From NCBI RefSeq assembly GCF_009914755.1, contig NC_060932.1: a stretch of 64,000 bases of DNA; one strand, written 5' to 3'. Each line of letters opens with the position of its first letter. Position 1 is the stretch's first letter. The translations under genes and the position numbers were made by a program. Origin of the DNA: the human T2T-CHM13v2.0 reference genome, Homo sapiens. A model generated the notes under the pieces. The model was not told the DNA's origin, made no database searches, and saw only the letters and a program-made list of their open reading frames with translations. This document shows, piece after piece, positions 1 to 10,200 of this stretch.

Positions 1-47
1 ACTCTTATTGTAGTATCTGGAAGTGGACATTTGGAGCGCTTTCAGGC

Positions 48-64
48 CTATGGTGAAAAAGGAA
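48..64 (+). other. pJalpha-type motif of an A-type monomer (representative copy)
   Basis: CTATGGTGAAAAAGGAA lies at the monomer position that the CENP-B box occupies in B-type monomers, 170 bp before the box at 218. Confidence 0.8.
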
Positions 65-217
65 ATATCTTCCCATAAAAACGACATAGAAGCTATCTCA
101 GGAACTTGTTTATGATGCATCTAATCAACTAACAGTGTTGAACCTTTGTACTGACAGAGCACTTTGAAACACTCTTTTTTTGGAATCTGCAAGTGGATAT
201 TTGGATCGCTTTGAGGA

Positions 218-234
218 TTTCGTTGGAAACGGGA
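218..234 (+). other. CENP-B box, intact (representative copy)
   Basis: TTTCGTTGGAAACGGGA matches the core nTTCGnnnnAnnCGGGn. Confidence 0.95.
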
Positions 235-555
235 TGCAATATAAAACGTACACAGCAGCATACTCAGAAAATACTTTGCCATATTTCCATTCAAGTCACA
301 GAGTGGAACATTCCCATTCATAGAGCAGGTTGGAAACACTCTTTTTGGAGTATCTGGAAGTGGACATTTGGAGCGCTTTCTGAACTATGGTGAAAAAGGA
401 AATATCTTCCAATGAAAACAAGACAGAAGCATTCTGAGAAACTTATTTGTGATGTGTGTCCTCAACAAACGGACTTGAACCTTTCGTTTCATGCAGTACT
501 TCTGGAACACTCTTTTTGAAGATTCTGCATGCGGATATTTGGATAGCTTTGAGGA

Positions 556-572
556 TTTCGTTGGAAACGGGC
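556..572 (+). other. CENP-B box, intact core (representative copy)
   Basis: TTTCGTTGGAAACGGGC; only the non-essential last base differs. Confidence 0.9.
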
Positions 573-893
573 TTACATGTAAAAATTAGACAGCAGCATT
601 CTCAGAAACTTCTTTGTGGTGTCTGCATTCAAGTCACAGAATTGAACTTCCCCTCACATAGAGCAGTTGTGCAGCACTCTATTTGTAGTATCTGGAAGTG
701 GACATTTGGAGGGCTTTGTAGCCTATCTGGAAAAAGGAAATATCTTCCCATGAATGCGAGATAGAAGTAATCTGAGAAACATGTTTATGCTGTATCTACT
801 CAACTAACTGTGCTGAACATTTCTATTGATAGAGCAGTTTTGAGACACTCTTCTTTTGGAATCTGCAAGTGGATATTTGGATAGATTTGAGGA

Positions 894-910
894 TTTCGTT
901 GGAAACGGGA
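894..910 (+). other. CENP-B box, intact (representative copy)
   Basis: TTTCGTTGGAAACGGGA. Confidence 0.95.
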
Positions 911-1232
911 TTATATATAAAAAGTAGACAGCAGCATTCTCAGAAACTTCTTTGTGATGTTTGCATCCAGCTCTCAGAGTTGAACATTCCCTTTCATAGA
1001 GTAGGTTTGAAACCCTCTTTTTATAGTGTCTGGAAGCGGGCATTTTGAGCGCTTTCAGGCCTATGCTTAAAATAGGAAATATCTACCTATAGAAACTAGA
1101 CAGAAGCATTCTGAGAATCACGTTTGTGATGTGGGTACTCAACTAACAGTGTTGATCCATTCTTTTGATACAGCAGTTTTGAACCACACTTTTTGTAGAA
1201 TCTGCAAGAGGATATTTGGATAGCTGTGAGGA

Positions 1233-1249
1233 TTTCGTTGGAAACGGGA
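1233..1249 (+). other. CENP-B box, intact, in the hybrid monomer of the 8-mer
   Basis: TTTCGTTGGAAACGGGA, immediately 5' of the 3-monomer deletion junction. Confidence 0.95.
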
Positions 1250-4200
1250 ATGTCTTCAAAGAAAATCTAGACAGAAGCATTCTCAGAAACACCTTCGTGA
1301 TGTTTGCAATCAAGTCACAGAGTTGAACCTTCCGTTTCATAGAGCAGGTTGGAAACACTCTTATTGTAGTATCTGGAAGGGGACATTTGGAGCGCTTTCA
1401 GGCCTATGGTGAAAAAGGAAATATCTTCCCATAAAAACGACATAGAAGCTGTCTCAGGAACTTGTTTATGATGCATCTAATCAACTAACAGTGTTGAACC
1501 TTTGTACTGACAGAGCAGTTTGAAACACTCTTTTTTTGGAATCTGCAAGTGGATATTTGGATCGCTTTGAGGATTTCGTTGGAAACGGGATGCAATATAA
1601 AACGTACACAGCAGCATACTCAGAAAATACTTTGCCATATTTCCATTCAAGTCACAGAGTGGAACATTCCCATTCATAGAGCAGGTTTGAAACACTCTTT
1701 TTGGAGTATCTGGAAGTGGACATTTGGAGCGCTTTCTGAACTATGGTGAAAAAGGAAATATCTTCCAATGAAAACAAGACAGAAGCATTCTGAGAAACTT
1801 ATTTGTGATGTGTGTCCTCAACAAACGGACTTGAACCTTTCGTTTCATGCAGTACTTCTGGAACACTCTTTTTGAAGATTCTGCATGCGGATATTTGGAT
1901 AGCTTTGAGGATTTCGTTGGAAACGGGCTTACATGTAAAAATTAGACAGCAGCATTCTCAGAAACTTCTTTGTGGTGTCTGCATTCAAGTCACAGAATTG
2001 AACTTCCCCTCACATAGAGCAGTTGTGCAGCACTCTATTTGTAGTATCTGGAAGTGGACATTTGGAGGGCTTTGTAGCCTATCTGGAAAAAGGAAATATC
2101 TTCCCATGAATGCGAGATAGAAGTAATCTCAGAAACATGTTTATGCTGTATCTACTCAACTAACTGTGCTGAACATTTCTATTGATAGAGCAGTTTTGAG
2201 ACACTCTTCTTTTGGAATCTGCAAGTGGATATTTGGATAGATTTGAGGATTTCGTTGGAAACGGGATTATATATCAAAAGTAGACAGCAGCATTCTCAGA
2301 AACTTCTTTGTGATGTTTGCATCCAGCTCTCAGAGTTGAACATTCCCTTTCATAGAGTAGGTTTGAAACCCTCTTTTTATAGTGTCTGGAAGCGGGCATT
2401 TGGAGCGCTTTCAGGCCTATGCTTAAAATAGGAAATATCTACCTACAGAAACTAGACAGAAGCATTCTGAGAATCACGTTTGTGATGTGGGTACTCAACT
2501 AACAGTGTTGATCCATTCTTTTGATACAGCAGTTTTGAACCACACTTTTTGTAGAATCTGCAAGAGGATATTTGGATAGCTGTGAGGATTTCGTTGGAAA
2601 CGGGAATGTCTTCAAAGAAAATCTAGACAGAAGCATTCTCAGAAACACCTTCGTGATGTTTGCAATCAAGTCACAGAGTTGAACCTTCCGTTTCATAGAG
2701 CAGGTTGGAAACACTCTTATTGTAGTATCTGGAAGTGGACATTTGGAGCGCTTTCAGGCCTATGGTGAAAAAGGAAATATCTTCCCATAAAAACGACATA
2801 GAAGCTATCTCAGGAACTTGTTTATGATGCATCTAATCAACTAACAGTGTTGAACCTTTGTACTGACAGAGCAGTTTGAAACACTCTTTTTTTGGAATCT
2901 GCAAGTGGATATTTGGATCCCTTTGAGGATTTCGTTGGAAACGGGATGCAATATAAAACGTACACAGCAGCATACTCAGAAAATACTTTGCCATGTTTCC
3001 ATTCAAGTCACAGAGTGGAACATTCCCATTCATAGAGCAGGTTGGAAACACTCTTTTTGGAGTATCTGGAAGTGGACATTTGGAGCGCTTTTTGAACTAT
3101 GGTGAAAAAGGAAATATCTTCCAATGAAAACAAGACAGAAGCATTCTGAGAAACTTATTTGTGATGTGTGTCCTCAACAAACGGACTTGAACCTTTCGTT
3201 TCATGCAGTACTTCTGGAACACTCTTTTTGAAGATTCTGCATGCGGATATTTGGATAGCTTTGAGGATTTCGTTGGAAACGGGCTTACATGTAAAAATTA
3301 GACAGCAGCATTCTCAGAAACTTCTTTGTGGTGTCTGCATTCAAGTCACAGAATTGAACTTCCCCTCACATAGAGCAGTTGTGCAGCACTCTATTTGTAG
3401 TATCTGGAAGTGGACATTTGGAGGGCTTTGTAGCCTATCTGGAAAAAGGAAATATCTTCCCATGAATGCGAGATAGAAGTAATCTGAGAAACATGTTTAT
3501 GCTGTATCTACTCAACTAACTGTGCTGAACATTTCTATTGATAGAGCAGTTTTGAGACACTCTTCTTTTGGAATCTGCAAGTGGATATTTGGATAGATTT
3601 GAGGATTTCGTTGGAAACGGGATTATATATAAAAAGTAGACAGCAGCATTCTCAGAAACTTCTTTGTGATGTTTGCATCCAGCTCTCAGAGTTGAACATT
3701 CCCTTTCATAGAGTAGGTTTGAAACCCTCTTTTTATAGTGTCTGGAAGCGGGCATTTGGAGCGCTTTCAGGCCTATGCTTAAAATAGGAAATATCTACCT
3801 ACAGAAACTAGACAGAAGCATTCTGAGAATCACGTTTGTGATGTGGGTACTCAACTAACAGTGTTGATCCATTCTTTTGATACAGCAGTTTTGAACCACA
3901 CTTTTTGTAGAATCTGCAAGAGGATATTTGGATAGCTGTGAGGATTTCGTTGGAAACGGGAATGTCTTCAAAGAAAATCTAGACAGAAGCATTCTCAGAA
4001 ACACCTTCGTGATGTTTGCAATCAAGTCACAGAGTTGAACCTTCCGTTTCATAGAGCAGGTTGGAAACACTCTTATTGTGGTATCTGGAAGTGGACATTT
4101 GGAGCGCTTTCAGGCCTATGGTGAAAAAGGAAATATCTTCCCATAAAAACGACATAGAAGCTATCTCAGGAACTTGTTTATGATGCATCTAATCAACTAA

Positions 4201-5299
4201 CAGTGTTGAACCTTTGTACTGACAGAGCACTTTGAAACACTCTTTTTTTGGAATCTGCAAGTGGATATTTGGATCGCTTTGAGGATTTCGTTGGAAACGG
4301 GATGCAATATAAAACGTACACAGCAGCATACTCAGAAAATACTTTGCCATATTTCCATTCAAGTCACAGAGTGGAACATTCCCATTCATAGAGCAGGTTG
4401 GAAACACTCTTTTTGGAGTATCTGGAAGTGGACATTTGGAGCGCTTTCTGAACTATGGTGAAAAAGGAAATATCTTCCAATGAAAACAAGACAGAAGCAT
4501 TCTGAGAAACTTATTTGTGATGTGTGTCCTCAACAAACGGACTTGAACCTTTCGTTTCATGCAGTACTTCTGGAACACTCTTTTTGAAGATTCTGCATGC
4601 GGATATTTGGATAGCTTTGAGGATTTCGTTGGAAACGGGCTTACATGTAAAAATTAGACAGCAGCATTCTCAGAAACTTCTTTGTGGTGTCTGCATTCAA
4701 GTCACAGAATTGAACTTCCCCTCACATAGAGCAGTTGTGCAGCACTCTATTTGTAGTATCTGGAAGTGGACATTTGGAGGGCTTTGTAGCCTATCTGGAA
4801 AAAGGAAATATCTTCCCATGAATGCGAGATAGAAGTAATCTCAGAAACATGTTTATGCTGTATCTATTCAACTAACTGTGCTGAACATTTCTATTGATAG
4901 AGCAGTTTTGAGACACTCTTCTTTTGGAATCTGCAAGTGGATATTTGGATAGATTTGAGGATTTCGTTGGAAACGGGATTATATATAAAAAGTAGACAGC
5001 AGCATTCTCAGAAACTTCTTTGTGATGTTTGCATCCAGCTCTCAGAGTTGAACATTCCCTTTCATAGAGTAGGTTTGAAACCCTCTTTTTATAGTGTCTG
5101 GAAGCGGGCATTTGGAGCGCTTTCAGGCCTATGCTGAAAAAGGAGATATCTACCTATAGAAACTAGACAGAAGCATTCTGAGAATCACGTTTGTGATGTG
5201 GGTACTCAACTAACAGTGTTGATCCATTCTTTTGATACAGCAGTTTTGAACCACACTTTTTGTAGAATCTGCAAGTGGATATTTGGATAGCTGTGAGGA

Positions 5300-5487
5300 T
5301 TTCGTTGGAAACGGGAATGTCTTCATAGAAAATTTAGACAGAAGCATTCTCAGAACCTTGATTGTGATGTGTGTTCTCCACTAACAGAGTTGAACCTTTC
5401 TTTTGACAGAACTGTTCTGAAACATTCTTTTTATAGAATCTGGAAGTGGATATTTGGAAAGCTTTGAGGATTTCGTTGGAAACGGGA
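5300..5487 (+). other. Two intact CENP-B boxes in adjacent monomers (5300-5316 and 5471-5487)
   Basis: Both read TTTCGTTGGAAACGGGA, 171 bp apart. The pair is present in 7-mers and 11-mers. Confidence 0.92.
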
Positions 5488-5812
5488 ATATCTTCCAATC
5501 AAATCTAGCCAGAAGCATTCTAAGAAACATCTTAGGGATGTTTACATTCAAGTCACAGAGTTGAACATTCCCTTTCACAGAGCAGGTTTGAAACAATCTT
5601 CTCGTACTATCTGGCAGTGGACATTTTGAGCTCCTTGGGGCCTATGCTGAAAAAGGAAATATCTTCCGACAAAAACTAGACAGAAGCATTCGCAGAATCA
5701 CGTTTGTGATGTGTGCACTCAACTGTCAGAATTGAACCTTGGTTTGGAGAGAGCACTTTTGAAACACTCTTTTTGTAGAATCTGCAGGTGGATATTTGGC
5801 TAGCTTTGAGGA

Positions 5813-5829
5813 TTTCGTTGGAAACGGTA
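5813..5829 (+). other. Degenerate CENP-B box (CGGT instead of CGGG), representative copy
   Basis: TTTCGTTGGAAACGGTA has a substitution in the core CGGG. It is found in 7-mer and 11-mer units. Confidence 0.88.
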
Positions 5830-7257
5830 ATGTCTTCAAAGAAAATCTAGACAGAAGCATTCTCAGAAACACCTTCGTGATGTTTGCAATCAAGTCACAG
5901 AGTTGAACCTTCCGTTTCATAGAGCAGGTTGGAAACACACTTTTTGTAGTATCTGGAAGTGGACATTTGGAGGGCTTTGTAGCCTATCTGGAAAAAGGAA
6001 ATATCTTCCCATGAATGCGAGATAGAAGTAATCTCAGAAACATGTTTATGCTGTATCTACTCAACTAACTGTGCTGAACATTTCTATTGATAGAGCAGTT
6101 TTGAGACACTCTTCTTTTGGAATCTGCAAGTGGATATTTGGATAGATTTGAGGATTTCGTTGGAAACGGGATTATATATAAAAAGTAGACAGCAGCATTC
6201 TCAGAAACTTCTTTGTGATGTTTGCATCCAGCTCCCAGAGTTGAACATTCCCTTTCATAGAGTAGGTTTGAAACCCTCTTTTTATAGTGTCTGGAAGCGG
6301 GCATTTGGAGCGCTTTCAGGCCTATGCTGAAAAAGGAAATATCTACCTATAGAAACTAGACAGAAGCATTCTGAGAATCACGTTTGTGATGTGGGTACTC
6401 AACTAACAGTGTCGATCCATTCTTTTGATACAGCAGTTTTGAACCACACTTTTTGTAGAATCTGCAAGTGGATATTTGGATAGCTGTGAGGATTTCGTTG
6501 GAAACGGGAATGTCTTCATAGAAAATTTAGACAGAAGCATTCTCAGAACCTTGATTGTGATGTGTGTTCTCCACTAACAGAGCTGAACCTTTCTTTTGAC
6601 AGAACTGTTCTGAAACATTCTTTTTATAGAATCTGGAAGTGGATATTTGGAAAGCTTTGAGGATTTCGTTGGAAACGGGAATATCTTCAAATCAAATCTA
6701 GCCAGAAGCATTCTAAGAAACAGCTTAGGGATGTTTACATTCAAGTCACAGAGTTGAACATTCCCTTTCACAGAGCAGGTTTGAAACAATCTTCTCGTAC
6801 TATCTGGCAGTGGACATTTTGAGCTCTTTGGGGCCTATGCTGAAAAAGGAAATATCTTCCGACAAAAACTAGACAGAAGCATTCGCAGAATCACGTTTGT
6901 GATGTGTGCACTCAACTGTCAGAATTGAACCTTGGTTTGGACAGAGCACTTTTGAAACACTCTTTTTGTAGAATCTGCAGGTGGATATTTGGCTAGCTTT
7001 GAGGATTTCGTTGGAAACGGTAATGTCTTCAAAGAAAATCTAGACAGAAGCATTCTCAGAAACACCTTCGTGATGTTTGCAATCAAGTCACAGAGTTGAA
7101 CCTTCCGTTTCATAGAGCAGGTTGGAAACACACTTTTTGTAGTATCTGGAAGTGGACATTTGGAGGGCTTTGTAGCCTATCTGGAAAAAGGAAATATCTT
7201 CCCATGAATGCGAGATAGAAGTAATCTCAGAAACATGTTTATGCTGTATCTACTCAA

Positions 7258-10200
7258 CTAACTGTGCTGAACATTTCTATTGATAGAGCAGTTTTGAGAC
7301 ACTCTTCTTTTGGAATCTGCAAGTGGATATTTGGATAGATTTGAGGATTTCGTTGGAAACGGGATTATATATAAAAAGTAGACAGCAGCATTCTCAGAAA
7401 CTTCTTTGTGATGTTTGCATCCAGCTCTCAGAGTTGAACATTCCCTTTCATAGAGTAGGTTTGAAACCCTCTTTTTATAGTGTCTGGAAGCGGGCATTTG
7501 GAGCGCTTTCAGGCCTATGCTTAAAATAGGAAATATCTACCTACAGAAACTAGACAGAAGCATTCTGAGAATCACGTTTGTGATGTGGGTACTCAACTAA
7601 CAGTGTTGATCCATTCTTTTGATACAGCAGTTTTGAACCACACTTTTTGTAGAATCTGCAAGAGGATATTTGGATAGCTGTGAGGATTTCGTTGGAAACG
7701 GGAATGTCTTCAAAGAAAATCTAGACAGAAGCATTCTCAGAAACACCTTCGTGATGTTTGCAATCAAGTCACAGAGTTGAACCTTCCGTTTCATAGAGCA
7801 GGTTGGAAACACTCTTATTGTAGTATCTGGAAGTGGACATTTGGAGCGCTTTCAGGCCTATGGTGAAAAAGGAAATATCTTCCCATAAAAACGACATAGA
7901 AGCTATCTCAGGAACTTGTTTATGATGCATCTAATCAACTAACAGTGTTGAACCTTTGTACTGACAGAGCACTTTGAAACACTCTTTTTTTGGAATCTGC
8001 AAGTGGATATTTGGATCACTTTGAGGATTTCGTTGGAAACGGGATGCAATATAAAACGTACACAGCAGCATACTCAGAAAATACTTTGCCATGTTTCCAT
8101 TCAAGTCACAGAGTGGAACATTCCCATTCATAGAGCAGGTTGGAAACACTCTTTTTGGAGTATCTGGAAGTGGACATTTGGAGCGCTTTCTGAACTATGG
8201 TGAAAAAGGAAATATCTTCCAATGAAAACAAGACAGAAGCATTCTGAGAAACTTATTTGTGATGTGTGTCCTCAACAAACGGACTTGAACCTTTCGTTTC
8301 ATGCAGTACTTCTGGAACACTCTTTTTGAAGATTCTGCATGCGGATATTTGGATAGCTTTGAGGATTTCGTTGGAAACGGCCTTACATGTAAAAATTAGA
8401 CAGCAGCATTCTCAGAAACTTCTTTGTGGTGTCTGCATTCAAGTCACAGAATTGAACTTCCCCTCACATAGAGCAGTTGTGCAGCACTCTATTTGTAGTA
8501 TCTGGAAGTGGACATTTGGAGGGCTTTGTAGCCTATCTGGAAAAAGGAAATATCTTCCCATGAATGCGAGATAGAAGTAATCTCAGAAACGTGTTTATGC
8601 TGTATCTACTCAACTAACTGTGCTGAACATTTCTATTGATAGAGCAGTTTTGAGACACTCTTCTTTTGGAATCTGCAAGTGGATATTTGGATAGATTTGA
8701 GGATTTCGTTGGAAACGGGATTATATATAAAAAGTAGACAGCAGCATTCTCAGAAACTTCTTTGTGATGTTTGCATCCAGCTCTCAGAGTTGAACATTCC
8801 CTTTCATAGAGTAGGTTTGAAACCCTCTTTTTATAGTGTCTGGAAGCGGGCATTTGGAGCGCTTTCAGGCCTATGCTTAAAATAGGAAATATCTACCTAC
8901 AGAAACTAGACAGAAGCATTCTGAGAATCACGTTTGTGATGTGGGTACTCAACTAACAGTGTTGATCCATTCTTTTGATACAGCAGTTTTGAACCACACT
9001 TTTTGTAGAATCTGCAAGAGGATATTTGGATAGCTGTGAGGATTTCGTTGGAAACGGGAATGTCTTCAAAGAAAATCTAGACAGAAGCATTCTCAGAAAC
9101 ACCTTCGTGATGTTTGCAATCAAGTCACAGAGTTGAACCTTCCGTTTCATAGAGCAGGTTGGAAACACTCTTATTGTAGTATCTGGAAGTGGACATTTGG
9201 AGCGCTTTCAGGCCTATGGTGAAAAAGGAAATATCTTCCCATAAAAACGACATAGAAGCTATCTCAGGAACTTGTTTATGATGCATCTAATCAACTAACA
9301 GTGTTGAACCTTTGTACTGACAGAGCACTTTGAAACACTCTTTTTTTGGAATCTGCAAGTGGATATTTGGATCGCTTTGAGGATTTCGTTGGAAACGGGA
9401 TGCAATATAAAACGTACACAGCAGCATACTCAGAAAATACTTTGCCATATTTCCATTCAAGTCACAGAGTGGAACATTCCCATTCATAGAGCAGGTTGGA
9501 AACACTCTTTTTGGAGTATCTGGAAGTGGACATTTGGAGCGCTTTCTGAACTATGGTGAAAAAGGAAATATCTTCCAATGAAAACAAGACAGAAGCATTC
9601 TGAGAAACTTATTTGTGATGTGTGTCCTCAACAAACGGACTTGAACCTTTCGTTTCATGCAGTACTTCTGGAACACTCTTTTTGAAGATTCTGCATGCGG
9701 ATATTTGGATAGCTTTGAGGATTTCGTTGGAAACGGGCTTACATGTAAAAATTAGACAGCAGCATTCTCAGAAACTTCTTTGTGGTGTCTGCATTCAAGT
9801 CACAGAATTGAACTTCCCCTCACATAGAGCAGTTGTGCAGCACTCTATTTGTAGTATCTGGAAGTGGACATTTGGAGGGCTTTGTAGCCTATCTGGAAAA
9901 AGGAAATATCTTCCCATGAATGCGAGATAGAAGTAATCTCAGAAACATGTTTATGCTGTATCTACTCAACTAACTGTGCTGAACATTTCTATTGATAGAG
10001 CAGTTTTGAGACCCTCTTCTTTTGGAATCTGCAAGTGGATATTTGGATAGATTTGAGGATTTCGTTGGAAACGGGATTATATATAAAAAGTAGACAGCAG
10101 CATTCTCAGAAACTTCTTTGTGATGTTTGCATCCAGCTCTCAGAGTTGAACATTCCCTTTCATAGAGTAGGTTTGAAACCCTCTTTTTATAGTGTCTGGA

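Larger units (their letters stand above)
804..4871 (+). repeat. Three tandem 8-mer HORs (1356 bp each; 3-monomer deletion variant)
   Basis: The anchor 'ctaactgtgctgaac' occurs at 804, 2160, 3516 and 4872, a spacing of 1356. Boundaries are anchor-defined. Confidence 0.93.
4872..7257 (+). repeat. Two tandem 7-mer HORs (1193 bp each; 4-monomer deletion variant)
   Basis: Anchors at 4872, 6065 and 7258. These units contain the monomers 'cagaaccttgattg', 'ctagccagaag' and 'cgcagaatcacg' and lack the 'acgacatagaagc...cttacatgt' block. Confidence 0.93.

Noticed and set aside
910-925. TATA-like 'tatatataaaa' after a CENP-B box
   Set aside because: It is part of the monomer sequence in nearly every HOR, with no independent promoter evidence.
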